Shown one piece after another: positions 38,183 to 47,398 of a DNA stretch of 55,158 bases. Every line of letters starts with the position of its first letter. Position 1 is the first letter of the stretch. A program made the translations under genes and the position numbers. Origin of the DNA: Candidatus Eiseniibacteriota bacterium (GTDB lineage Bacteria; Arandabacterota; Arandabacteria; JAGLYR01); NCBI GenBank assembly GCA_023132135.1, contig JAGLYR010000046.1, forward strand, positions 1-55,158. Reading direction: 5' to 3'. A model generated the notes under the pieces. The model was not told the origin of the DNA, did not search any database, and was given only the letters and a program-made list of their open reading frames with translations.

Positions 38183-39589
38183 GTGATTCTCTGTGACGTT
38201 CTCCCGGATGTTTGCAGTGGAGGCCATTGGGGGAACGATGACTGTATTCTCTTTGCGCCTGGGCCCGGCCACGGGCTGGTCCGGGTCTCTGCCAACGGCG
38301 GTGAACCTGAGATTGTGACCATCCCCGACCTAACCAGAAACGAGCACGGACACCGCTACCCCGAGATCCTGCCTGGCGGTGAAGCGGCTCTCTTCACCAT
38401 CGCCGAAGTGGGCGGCTTCAGTACCGCGAGTATCGGGATCCTGTCCCTCAGGACCGGGGAGTGGAGAACTCTGATCAGTGGAGGCACGAGCCCTCACTAT
38501 CTGCCCACAGGCCATCTGGTCTATGCGCAGACCGGGGCATTGCTGGCCGCTCCATTCGACCTGGACAGGCTCGACGTGACTGGCCCACCCGTGCGAGTTC
38601 TCGAGGGTGTGATCACGATGGGCGGTGCCGAATACAGTGTGTCATCGGATGGCTCGTTGGCCTACGTGCCTGGAAGTGGCGGGTGGCCAGCGCGTGCCCT
38701 GGCTTGGGTGGATCGTCAGGGGCACTTTGAGCCACTGCCCCTCCCACCCCGGCATTACACTCTACCCCGCCTTTCGCCCGACGGCCGGCACATCGCCGTG
38801 GCGATCATCGACCGGCAGACCGGCAACCCGGACATCTGGGTGTGCGAGCTGGCTAGGAACACGCTGAGCCGGTTGACAACCAGTCCGGACGTCGATTTCA
38901 CACCTGTGTGGACCCCGGATGGCAAGAGGGTGACGTTTGCCTCCGCGGTGAGAGGACCCGAGCCCCGGCTGGATCTGGTGTGGATGCCTGTCGAAGGGAC
39001 GGAGCAGGAAGACATACTCCGGGATATGAAGGGCGCGCAATTCGCCAATTCCTGGTCCCCCGATGGCAGGACTCTCCTCTTCACGGATGAACACCCCGAA
39101 ACCAAGTTCGACATGTGGGCCGTGTCTCTGGAAGAAGGGAGCGAGCCGCGACCCCTGATCCGGACCCGCTTCAATGAAACGGCCGCTGTCTTCTCTCCGG
39201 ATGGCCGCTGGATTGCCTATCAGTCAGACAGGTCCGGACGTCACGAAGTGTACGTGAGACCCTGGGGAGAACCCGGACCCGACTACCCGATCTCTACGGA
39301 AGGCGGCACCGAGCCTGTGTGGTCTCGCGCCGGAAGTGAGCTTTTCTACAGGAACGCGAGCAGGATGATGGTGGTCGCGGTGAAAACGCGTCCTGAGTTT
39401 TCCGTATCAACGCCCGAGCTGCTCTTCGAGGGTGGCTACGAAACGTACAGGCTTGCTGCTAACTACGACGTTTCAGTAGACGGCCAACGTTTCCTGATGG
39501 TCTGGGAACAGGAAGCCGCTCCGACCGAGATCAATATTGTTCTTAACTGGGCTGAGGAAGTAAAGGAGCTATGCCCCACGGGGAGATGA
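38183..39589 (+). CDS. TolB-like WD40/PD40 beta-propeller, same frame as K5 (probable C-terminal continuation)
   Basis: 468-aa ORF in the same reading frame as K5, separated only by TGA-GCA-TCC. No RBS before the GTG. PD40 repeats LSPDGRHIAV, WTPDGKRVTF, WSPDGRTLLF, FSPDGRWIAYQSDRSGRHEVYV. Confidence 0.7.
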   Translation: MILCDVLPDVCSGGHWGNDDCILFAPGPGHGLVRVSANGGEPEIVTIPDLTRNEHGHRYPEILPGGEAALFTIAEVGGFSTASIGILSLRTGEWRTLISGGTSPHYLPTGHLVYAQTGALLAAPFDLDRLDVTGPPVRVLEGVITMGGAEYSVSSDGSLAYVPGSGGWPARALAWVDRQGHFEPLPLPPRHYTLPRLSPDGRHIAVAIIDRQTGNPDIWVCELARNTLSRLTTSPDVDFTPVWTPDGKRVTFASAVRGPEPRLDLVWMPVEGTEQEDILRDMKGAQFANSWSPDGRTLLFTDEHPETKFDMWAVSLEEGSEPRPLIRTRFNETAAVFSPDGRWIAYQSDRSGRHEVYVRPWGEPGPDYPISTEGGTEPVWSRAGSELFYRNASRMMVVAVKTRPEFSVSTPELLFEGGYETYRLAANYDVSVDGQRFLMVWEQEAAPTEINIVLNWAEEVKELCPTGR

Positions 39590-39617
39590 AAACCGACGAG
39601 GGTACGGGGGGACAGGA

Positions 39618-39673
39618 CCGAAAGGCGAAAGCCGAGAGCCGAAAGCCGAGAGCCGAAAGCCGAAAGCCGAAAG
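39618..39673. repeat. GSCGARA heptad tandem repeat
   Basis: CCGAAAGGCGAAAGCCGAGAGCCGAAAGCCGAGAGCCGAAAGCCGAAAGCCGAAAG, 29 nt after the propeller ORF stop. Related to the repeat at 34155-34210. Confidence 0.85.
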
Positions 39674-39788
39674 TGAGAAGGCGGGAGATCTGGGGACATA
39701 ACCCGATCTCCTCATAACGAGGCATTCTCCCGGAACAGGAGATCGGGATTGTGTCCCCGATCTCCCGGTGGGACCAAGTGAGAATCCA

Positions 39789-39854
39789 ATGATCGGAAAA
39801 ACCGTAAGCCACTACAAGATTCTGGAAGAGATCGGCCGCGGGCCTGGGGCGTAA
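39789..39854 (+). pseudogene. 21-codon stub of a sixth paralogous Ser/Thr kinase
   Basis: ATGATCGGAAAAACCGTAAGCCACTACAAGATTCTGGAAGAGATCGGCCGCGGG.. encodes MIGKTVSHYKILEEIGRGPGA, then a stop. It aligns with the first 17 codons of K1-K5 and then breaks off before the Gly-loop is complete. Confidence 0.75.
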
Positions 39855-39883
39855 GGAGGGCGGAAAGGCGAAAGGGTAAGCCT

Positions 39884-42800
39884 TCATGGTTTCTCCCCGG
39901 CTCTCTCTTCGACAACGGAGTACAGCGCAGGAAGAACCAGAAGAGTCAGGACCAGCGCGGACGCAAGCCCACCGAGAACGACCGCCGCCAGGGGGCGCTG
40001 GATTTCCGACCCGCTGCCGGTGGCAAAGAACATGGGCGTTAGGCCGAGAAGCGTGGTCAGGCTCGTCATGAGGACGGACGTGAAGCGCAGATGGCACCCC
40101 TTTTCCACTGCCGCCATCGGGCTGAGCCCTTCCTGGCGAAACCGGTTGAAGAAGGACACCATCACCGTGCCGTCCTCCACAGCGATCCCGAAAACCGCTA
40201 TGAACCCGATAGCGGCCGAAACGCTGAGGTTGATGCCGAGGAGGAAGATGGTGAGCACGCCGCCCACCAGGGCGAAGGGGAGATTACTCAGTACCAGGAG
40301 TGCGCTCCGGAGAGATCCGAAGGCCGAGAACAGCATGAGAAAGATGAGAGCGATGGAGATGGGCACCACGATGCTCAACCGGCGCATCGAGCGTTGCTGG
40401 TTTTCGAACTGCCCCCCGAATTCAAGGAAATACCCGTCGGGCAGGCCTTCCACAACGGGCTGGAGCTTTTCCCGGGTTTCCTCGACGAACCTGCCCATGT
40501 CCCGGCCTCGAATGTTACACTCCACGGCAATCCGCCGGTGGTTGTTCTCTCGCGTAATCTGCGCGGGCGCCTCCACCTCTTCGATCCGGGCCAGCTGCCC
40601 CAGGGGAACGCTCGTTCCTTCCGGGGATCGGACCAGAATCCGCCTGAGCGTTTCGAGGTCCCGGCGGGCCGACTCCGGATAGCGAACCAGAACTGCGAAG
40701 CGCTTCTGCCCCTCCACGACCGTCGTGGCCACCCTGCCACCCACGGCCGTCTCAATGATCTCGTTGATGTCGGCCACGTTGATCCTGTAGCGGGCGATCG
40801 CCTTCCGGTCCACCACAACCTCGATCTGGTGGAACCCGCTGATCTGCTCTACGACCACGTCCCTGGCGCCCTCCACCTCGCTTACGACACCGGCCACCTT
40901 CCCGGCGCTCTCCATGAGAAGGTCCAGGTCCGGCCCGAAGATCTTGATTGCCAGATCGCTCTTGATGCCGGAGATGAGCTCGTTCACCCGAAGAGCTATG
41001 GGCTGGGAAAAGGCGAAGCGAAGTCCCGGAATCTGACTCAGGTCCGCTTCGATGTCATCCACGAGTTGCGCCTTGCTGCGGCCAGTGTTCCACCGGCTCT
41101 TCGGATGGAGCATGATGATGATGTCGCTCTGCTCCGGTCCCATGGGATCTTCGGAAATCTCCGCCCGGCCTGTTTTGGTGACGACCGTTCGAACTTCGGG
41201 GAACCTGGCCAGCCGCTTCTCGATGAAGGTTCCGACGGCGACGGATCCGTCCAGAGACGCCGACGGAAGCCGGACGACGTTGATGGCAATGGCTCCCTCG
41301 TCCAGCGGCGGCAGGAACTCCGTCCCCAGAACCGGAACCAGCGCCAGCGAGATAACAAAGAGGCCCAGCGCGATCCCGATGGTCAATCCCCTTCTTCGCA
41401 ATGCAACTCTGAGAAGGGACGTGTATCCCCGTTTCAATGTTCGCACCATCCAGTTTTCCCTGGAAACGGGCCGCCCCCCGAGAATCAGCGAGGACAGGAC
41501 CGGCACGATGGTCAGAGCCACCACCAGCGAACCGAGGGTCGCAAAACACATGGTGAGGGCCAGGGGCTTGAACATCTTGCCCTCCATCTGTTCCAGGGTA
41601 AAGAGGGGGATGAAGACGATCACGATGATCAGGATCGCAAAGAGGATAGGCCGGGCCACCTCACGGGTCGCCTCGAAGGCAATGTCCCTGTACGCACGTC
41701 CCGAGCTGCGTTGCTCCGACAAATGCCGGGCGATGTTCTCCGAGACAATGATGGATGCATCCACAATCATGCCGATGGCAATGGCCAATCCTCCGAAACT
41801 CATAAGGTTCGCCGTAACCCCCGAAGCCCCCATCAGGATGAACGCGAAGAACGCTGTGAGCGGCAGGGATACGGCCACCACCAAGGCGGCTCTCAGGTTT
41901 CCGAGGAACAGGAACAGCACGAGAATGACAAGGATTCCACCCTGGACCAGGGCGCTGCTCACAGTTCGGATACAGGCTTGAATGAGGGCCGTCCGGTCGT
42001 AGAAGGGCGAGATTCTCACATCCTCGGGAAGCCTCGCCTGGATTCGAGAGACTGCCTCCTTGACGCGATCCACGACCTCCTTGGAGTTGGCTCCCTTCAG
42101 CATGATGGTCATTCCGGCAACGGTCTCACCCCTTCCGTCCCGGGTCACTGCACCCTGCCGGGTCTCGCCGCCGAGGGTCACGCGGGCGACATCCTTGATG
42201 AACACGGGCGTGCCGTCCTTTGCCTCGAGCACGATATCCTCGATGTCCTCTACGGACTGGATGAGTCCCAGGGACCGCACGTACGCCTGCTCCCAGCCTT
42301 TGACGATGTAGTTGCCGCCCGCGTTGGCGTTGTTGGCTTCCACCGCCTCGACCACATCACGCAGGGTGACGCCGTACTGCAGGAGCCAATCGGGTTCGAC
42401 CAGGACCTGATACTGTTTCACGTAGCCGCCGAAGCTGTTCACCTCGGTGATGCCCGGCAGGGGCCTGAGCTGGGGAGCCACCAGCCAGTCCTGAATCGTT
42501 CGTAGCTCCATCAGGGAGCGCGTGTCGCTCTCCAGGGTATACTGGTAGATTTCTCCCAGACCGGTGCTGATGGGCCCCATTTCCGGCTGGGCCCACTCGG
42601 GAAGATCGCCCTTTGCAGATGCCAGCCGCTCGAACACCAGCTGGCGGGCGAAGTAGATGTCCACCCGGTCCTCGAGGATCACGACGACCTGCGAGAGGGC
42701 CGACTTGGACAGTGAGCGGACCTGCCGCACGCCCGGCAACCCCTGCATCGCCAGCTCGATGGGGAAGGTGATCCGTTGCTCCACGTCCACGGGTGAGAGG

Positions 42801-42964
42801 CCCGGGGCCTCGGTCAGGATCATGACCTGCACGTTGGTCACATCCGGAAACGCGTCGATGGGCAACTGCCGCCAGGCTACCATGCCCCCGGCAATCAAAA
42901 TCGCCGTCAGGATCAGAACCAGCACTCGCTGGGACAACATGAATCTAATCAGACCGTCCAACAT
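39884..42964 (-). CDS. heavy-metal efflux RND transporter, CusA/CzcA family
   Basis: ATG at 42962-42964, preceded by GGAGGGAG (the ORF track begins at GTG 42979). MLDGLIRFMLSQRVLVLILT..LPIDAFPDVTNVQVMILTEAPGLSP is an HME-RND signature N-terminus. 12-TM architecture. Confidence 0.92.
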   Translation of the reverse strand: MLDGLIRFMLSQRVLVLILTAILIAGGMVAWRQLPIDAFPDVTNVQVMILTEAPGLSPVDVEQRITFPIELAMQGLPGVRQVRSLSKSALSQVVVILEDRVDIYFARQLVFERLASAKGDLPEWAQPEMGPISTGLGEIYQYTLESDTRSLMELRTIQDWLVAPQLRPLPGITEVNSFGGYVKQYQVLVEPDWLLQYGVTLRDVVEAVEANNANAGGNYIVKGWEQAYVRSLGLIQSVEDIEDIVLEAKDGTPVFIKDVARVTLGGETRQGAVTRDGRGETVAGMTIMLKGANSKEVVDRVKEAVSRIQARLPEDVRISPFYDRTALIQACIRTVSSALVQGGILVILVLFLFLGNLRAALVVAVSLPLTAFFAFILMGASGVTANLMSFGGLAIAIGMIVDASIIVSENIARHLSEQRSSGRAYRDIAFEATREVARPILFAILIIVIVFIPLFTLEQMEGKMFKPLALTMCFATLGSLVVALTIVPVLSSLILGGRPVSRENWMVRTLKRGYTSLLRVALRRRGLTIGIALGLFVISLALVPVLGTEFLPPLDEGAIAINVVRLPSASLDGSVAVGTFIEKRLARFPEVRTVVTKTGRAEISEDPMGPEQSDIIIMLHPKSRWNTGRSKAQLVDDIEADLSQIPGLRFAFSQPIALRVNELISGIKSDLAIKIFGPDLDLLMESAGKVAGVVSEVEGARDVVVEQISGFHQIEVVVDRKAIARYRINVADINEIIETAVGGRVATTVVEGQKRFAVLVRYPESARRDLETLRRILVRSPEGTSVPLGQLARIEEVEAPAQITRENNHRRIAVECNIRGRDMGRFVEETREKLQPVVEGLPDGYFLEFGGQFENQQRSMRRLSIVVPISIALIFLMLFSAFGSLRSALLVLSNLPFALVGGVLTIFLLGINLSVSAAIGFIAVFGIAVEDGTVMVSFFNRFRQEGLSPMAAVEKGCHLRFTSVLMTSLTTLLGLTPMFFATGSGSEIQRPLAAVVLGGLASALVLTLLVLPALYSVVEERAGEKP

Positions 42965-43003
42965 AGCTCCCTCCGGCACGGGCCACGCCCATGGCTAGTC
43001 CGC

Positions 43004-44389
43004 TCAGGTGGCTCCCATCTTGGACCGCAGCACGTCGGATTTCAGAAGAAACGCGCCGTGGGTGACCACCTGCTCCCCGGCCTCCAGACCGGCCAGGATC
43101 TCGACCCGATCGTCCAGCGGGCGCCCCGCCGTCACGAGCCGCCGCATGAACAGGTCAGCCTCGAGATGCTTGAAGATGAAGTCCCTTCCCCCATCGGCGA
43201 GGACGGCTTCGCGCGGAACAGCCAGGGCCGCCCGGGGGATTCCCAGCATCGCCCGGACGTCACAGAACATCCCCGGCCGCAGGAGGCCCTCGTCATTGGC
43301 GATGGTCGCCCGGACCCGGACCGTCCGGGTCCGTTCATCCATCGTGGCCCCGATGTAGTCGATGTGCCCGGGAAACAGGTGCCCGGGGAACGCGCGCACG
43401 GAGACCTCCACCGGGATTTCGCCCCGCCGGCGCGCCTCGATCAGGGCCGCCAGGTCCGGCTCGTAGATGTTCGCCCAAACCCAGACGGTCCCGAGGTCTG
43501 CCAGCAGCATCACCTCATCCTCCGGATCCACACGCTCTCCGGCCGCGGCATGCTTCTCGATGATCGTACCGTCGATAGGGGCCCGAAGGGGCAGGCGACC
43601 GAAGCGGAGTCCACCGGCGTTCGGATCGAGCCCCTCGATCTCCCCGGCCGTCAGGCCCAGTACACGAAGCTCCGATTCCCCCGCCCGAAGAGCAATCTGG
43701 TACTCTTCATACTCCATCTGGGCCCGGATCATGTCCCACTCAGACGAGATCTTCCTCTCGAACAGGGTCCGCTCGCGTTCGTAGTTCCGGCGGGTCAGGC
43801 CGGCCATGGCCCGGTTCTTCTCATAGTCGCCGAGCGCCCGCCCCAGTTCCGTACTCTCCATCTCAAAGAGCACGTCACCCCGGCTCACCCGGTCACCGAT
43901 ATCGACCGTCATGGTGTGGATGATCCCCGGGATTCGCGGCCGGATGTGAACGGCCCGGTTCTCGTCGAGCCCCACTTCCCCCGTGGCCTGCAGCATGGAG
44001 GGCTGCCGGATCTCCTGTGCCCGCTCCACCCGGACCAGTTTTCCCTCGGCCCGTTCAGGGGCGGTGAGGGACTCATCGACTCTAACGACTCCGACCTCGT
44101 AGCGGCAGTCGTCGCAGAGGTGCGCCGACAGTCCGTGCTCGCACACGGCCGAGAGAATCTCTTCAATCGTCATATCGAGATCCGCGGAGCCCTCCCCCGC
44201 GCCGTGCTCGAGGCCCGCCTCATGGTCGTGGGCGCAGGCTTCGTCATGTCCGTCGTGATCATGGGCGGAGTGGTCCTCGAGGGCAACGGGTGGCGATTCC
44301 GCCGGACCCGTCCGGACAAGCCGGACCACGCCGACGACCCCCAGCACGACGGCCACGATCATCACTGCGATCAGGGTTCGATCCTTCAT
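43004..44389 (-). CDS. efflux RND periplasmic adaptor (CzcB/CusB-like) with His-rich N-terminal segment
   Basis: 461 aa, GGAGGGAG RBS. A TM anchor, then HSAHDHDGHDEACAHDHEAGLEHG and a CEHG..HLCDDC segment. MFP core follows (LRAPIDGTIIEKH, AFLLKSD). Confidence 0.88.
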   Translation of the reverse strand: MKDRTLIAVMIVAVVLGVVGVVRLVRTGPAESPPVALEDHSAHDHDGHDEACAHDHEAGLEHGAGEGSADLDMTIEEILSAVCEHGLSAHLCDDCRYEVGVVRVDESLTAPERAEGKLVRVERAQEIRQPSMLQATGEVGLDENRAVHIRPRIPGIIHTMTVDIGDRVSRGDVLFEMESTELGRALGDYEKNRAMAGLTRRNYERERTLFERKISSEWDMIRAQMEYEEYQIALRAGESELRVLGLTAGEIEGLDPNAGGLRFGRLPLRAPIDGTIIEKHAAAGERVDPEDEVMLLADLGTVWVWANIYEPDLAALIEARRRGEIPVEVSVRAFPGHLFPGHIDYIGATMDERTRTVRVRATIANDEGLLRPGMFCDVRAMLGIPRAALAVPREAVLADGGRDFIFKHLEADLFMRRLVTAGRPLDDRVEILAGLEAGEQVVTHGAFLLKSDVLRSKMGAT

Positions 44390-44407
44390 CGTCCACTCCC
44401 TCCAGCA

Positions 44408-45775
44408 CTACTGACCTTGTCCGGCAGGGAAAAGAACATCCCCGACGAGTTGCTCCACATCCGCGACGGCTTCGTGATAGTCCGTCAACGCACCGATCCA
44501 GTGTTCCCTGACTTCGAAGTAGATCCTCTGGGCATCCAGCATATCCAGGTATCCGAGCCGGCCCTCCCGGTATGCTTCCTCGGTCGCACTGAGCGCCTCT
44601 CTCGCCGCGGGCAGAACCACATCTTTCAAGCTGGAGGCTTCCGCGTAAGCGGCCGCAAGATTCCCGTACGCTTCGCCCAGGGCGAGGCGGGCCTTGACAT
44701 CGGCCGCTCTCTGTTGTTCCCCGGCTTGCGCCAAACGGTACTCGGTTTCCCGCACGCTCCCCTGGTTACGGTCGAAGAGAGGAAACGGGATGGACAGCTC
44801 GACCACGTACGCGTGATCGCCGGTTTCGTTGAATCGCTGGATTCCACCGCTGAGCGTGAGGTCCGGAATGCGCCCCGCCTTTTCCATTTCCACGCTCGCG
44901 TGGCGGCGCTCCGTCTCGGTATTCCATCGTGCGACCTCCGGGTTCCGGGCAGTCTGAACGAGCAGCGCCTCCAGGGGTGGAATCTCTGTCACACCCTCCA
45001 GGCGGCCCTCCACCCCGTCGAAGGTTACCGAGTTCGCCCCCCATGCCGCGGCCAGTCGTTTCCGGGCCACATTCAGATCACGGCGGGCGTGTTCATGCTG
45101 GATTCGAGCGGTGGCCAGAGTGACTCCGGCCCTGGTTTCCTCCAGGGAGGAAACCCTTCCGGCTTCTACGCGAATGGATACCGCCTCGTGGATCTCCACA
45201 GAGAGGCGCACCATGTCCGCAGTCAGTGCGAGTCGCTCCTGGGCTCCCAGCACTGCGACAAAGGCCTTGCGCGTCTCTGTGAGAACATCCAGCCGCTTGG
45301 ATTCATAGTTCCACCCGGCGAGATCCTTCTCGAGGGCTGCGACTCTGGCCCGCTTCGAACGCTTTCCTCCCAGCTCGAGCCGTTGGCTGAGCATGGGTTT
45401 GATCACGGCCGCGTCCAGCTCGCGCTGCCCGCCGGTCCCGCCGAATCCCTCCACCTCCACACCGATCTCCGGGTTGGGTCGAAGCCCGGCCTGAACCGCT
45501 CGCGCCTCGGCGGCCCGGACTTCCCATGAGAAGGCGGCCAGATCCGGGTTCAGCCGGAGGGCATAGGCTAATGCGTTCTCAAGGGTCACCGTCCCGGTGG
45601 GCCCGCCCCGATCGGACTGGGGAAGCTCCGCTCGCGTCGGTTCTTTGGGCGCTTGAAAGGTCTCGTACTGCCCGCCCAGCGGTCGGGGGTTCGGACCGCC
45701 TCCGGAATGCACCGCGCACCCGCTGAGCACGACAGTGACGATGACCGCCTGTATTGTGAAACGGATTTCTTTCAT
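44408..45775 (-). CDS. TolC-family outer membrane efflux lipoprotein (CzcC/CusC-like)
   Basis: Internal ATG (45773-45775) of ORF 44408..45844, preceded by GAGGGA. MKEIRFTIQAVIVTVVLSGC contains a lipobox. TolC repeats LENALAYALRLNPDL and LEALLVQTARNPEV. Confidence 0.85.
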   Translation of the reverse strand: MKEIRFTIQAVIVTVVLSGCAVHSGGGPNPRPLGGQYETFQAPKEPTRAELPQSDRGGPTGTVTLENALAYALRLNPDLAAFSWEVRAAEARAVQAGLRPNPEIGVEVEGFGGTGGQRELDAAVIKPMLSQRLELGGKRSKRARVAALEKDLAGWNYESKRLDVLTETRKAFVAVLGAQERLALTADMVRLSVEIHEAVSIRVEAGRVSSLEETRAGVTLATARIQHEHARRDLNVARKRLAAAWGANSVTFDGVEGRLEGVTEIPPLEALLVQTARNPEVARWNTETERRHASVEMEKAGRIPDLTLSGGIQRFNETGDHAYVVELSIPFPLFDRNQGSVRETEYRLAQAGEQQRAADVKARLALGEAYGNLAAAYAEASSLKDVVLPAAREALSATEEAYREGRLGYLDMLDAQRIYFEVREHWIGALTDYHEAVADVEQLVGDVLFPAGQGQ

Positions 45776-45882
45776 AAGAATCCCTCGGAACAGACTCGAC
45801 TCATGAATCCCATGGGGACCGGGACAGGGCGCGAATCGGCGCATATCCCGGAGGTGCGATCTGGCGAATCAGCTCCGAGGGA

Positions 45883-46323
45883 TCAGATAAGAAGAACAAC
45901 GCTGCGGATGGAAGTGAGACGTGGGGGGTTCCAGGGCGGCGGGCGAACCGGCATCTTCCTGCACTGCACGTCCGACGAAAACGGCTCGCGGGAAACGTCC
46001 GCCAGGAAGTGGACCTCGAGCCCGGAGGATGCCTCCGGAGCCCGGGAGTTGTTCTGATACACGGGGACCTGAATGTCTATGCAGGGGCCGCAATGACACC
46101 CGGGCTCAAGGCTCCCGCTCGCGTCCGCTGCGTGCGAACAACACCCGGGGGAGACCTGGCCGGGAGGGAAGGGGCAATGACCCTCCCGGGAATCCTCGAC
46201 GACGACGCGCCCACTCCCACTGATGCAGAACATTGGCGACTCGAGGGCTCCCGGCACTACGACCGGGAGGTACGTCGCGAGGCACACGCATATCCAGAGA
46301 ATCGACGCCCGGAATGTTCTCAA
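45883..46323 (-). CDS. hypothetical Cys/His-rich membrane-anchored or secreted protein heading the heavy-metal efflux operon
   Basis: 146 aa from a TTG start. Hydrophobic N-terminus ILWICVCLATYLPVVVPGAL, then GHCPFPPGQVSPGCCSHAAD..PGCHCGPCIDIQVP. Same strand as the TolC-like gene and 107 nt upstream of it. The call is moderate because this is high-GC DNA and the start is non-ATG. Confidence 0.45.
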   Translation of the reverse strand: MRTFRASILWICVCLATYLPVVVPGALESPMFCISGSGRVVVEDSREGHCPFPPGQVSPGCCSHAADASGSLEPGCHCGPCIDIQVPVYQNNSRAPEASSGLEVHFLADVSREPFSSDVQCRKMPVRPPPWNPPRLTSIRSVVLLI

Positions 46324-46377
46324 GAACCCACATCCTGATGGAGGCCCATTATTATCTGCTGTGTCTGATATAGATAT

Positions 46378-46406
46378 AGTATATAGCTTCCTCCGGCCCC
46401 TGTCAA
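46378..46406 (-). promoter_or_regulatory. near-consensus sigma70 promoter for the Cys-rich/czcCBA-like operon
   Basis: The minus strand reads TTGACA (46401-46406), 17-nt spacer, TATACT (46378-46383). It is followed by an unusually AT-rich stretch, GATATAGATATAGTATATAGC (46367-46387 on the plus strand). Confidence 0.5.
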
Positions 46407-46438
46407 CCCCGTTCCTGTTCTTTACGTTGCGGACTCTG

Positions 46439-47338
46439 CTATTTCTTCTTCAAATAGATATCTCCGCTGAATGAGTTCACCTCCACGCGGGCGGCGCCGG
46501 ATCCGAGGGTGAAGAAGAGTTCCTTGCCCGGCGAGTACTTCCCTGAACGTTCGCCGTCGGACCCGAAGTCATTGTCGATGTCCCCGCTGAAGGTTGTGAT
46601 CTCGAACTCGGCATCAGACTTCCTGGCCAGTGTGAGGACCACATCGCCACTGTGGGAATCGAATGAGAACGAACCGTCTCCCACGATCCGCCCGGCGAAT
46701 TCGACCTCTCCGGAAACGCTTTCCATTCGAATGGATGCGAACTCCCCACCGGAAATCCGGCAGTCCCCGCTCACGGTTGCGATGTTCAGCTTCCCAGAGG
46801 CGCCCTCCACGTGCAGATCGCCGCTGACACTGGCGGCCACGACATCGTCACAGTCCACCTCGAGGTCGACGTCGCCACTGACCGATTCGGCCTCCAACCT
46901 CTCCATCCGGCCGATCACGCCGACATCACCGCTCACACTCTGAATACTGATCTTGCCCTCACACTTGCTCACATCCACGTCCGCGCTCACGGCGGAAACA
47001 TCCAGTCTGCATCCCTTGGGCACCTTGATGTCCAGAATGGTTTTCTCCACGTTTCTCGAGTGCTTGGGGAGCTCCACACGGATTTCCAGGCGCTTCTTGT
47101 CGCCCTCCACCGCGAGCCGCTCAGCTCCCTTCCCCAGTGTACCCTTGATCTCGACCTTGTCCCGGCCCCAGCCCGTAACCGTAATCGACCCGCTGATGTT
47201 GCTGATGATCACGGTGCCGTCACTCTTGAGGCTCGCCGATTCGTCGATTTTCTCCTGCGCAACCACCGGGCAAGCGATGACCGCCACAGCGAGTGCGAGG
47301 GCCACGACCATTGTGAGATTCCGGGAGTTGGTTCTCAT
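46439..47338 (-). CDS. DUF4097-family beta-strand repeat protein
   Basis: 299 aa with a signal peptide. Repeated (V/I)SGD(V/I/L) beta-helix-like units: SVSGDVGV, SVSGDVDL, SVSGDLHV, TVSGDCRI, SVSGEVEF, HSGDVVL, FSGDIDN, FSGDIYL. Confidence 0.8.
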   Translation of the reverse strand: MRTNSRNLTMVVALALAVAVIACPVVAQEKIDESASLKSDGTVIISNISGSITVTGWGRDKVEIKGTLGKGAERLAVEGDKKRLEIRVELPKHSRNVEKTILDIKVPKGCRLDVSAVSADVDVSKCEGKISIQSVSGDVGVIGRMERLEAESVSGDVDLEVDCDDVVAASVSGDLHVEGASGKLNIATVSGDCRISGGEFASIRMESVSGEVEFAGRIVGDGSFSFDSHSGDVVLTLARKSDAEFEITTFSGDIDNDFGSDGERSGKYSPGKELFFTLGSGAARVEVNSFSGDIYLKKK

Positions 47339-47398
47339 TTTGCTCTCTCCTTCGCGTTCGGCCCGGGATGCAACGCTTCCCCCGCGCCCATCTTTGGA

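Noticed and set aside
40091-42505. Very long plus-strand ORFs (40091..42505, 43058..45529, 50301..52193, 5504..6397, 7968..8939, 18513..19439, among others)
   Set aside because: They are antisense shadows of well-supported minus-strand genes (RND pumps, adaptor, TolC, tricorn, Res) in high-GC DNA. Their translations are Arg/Gly/His/Pro-rich low-complexity sequence with no recognisable motifs.
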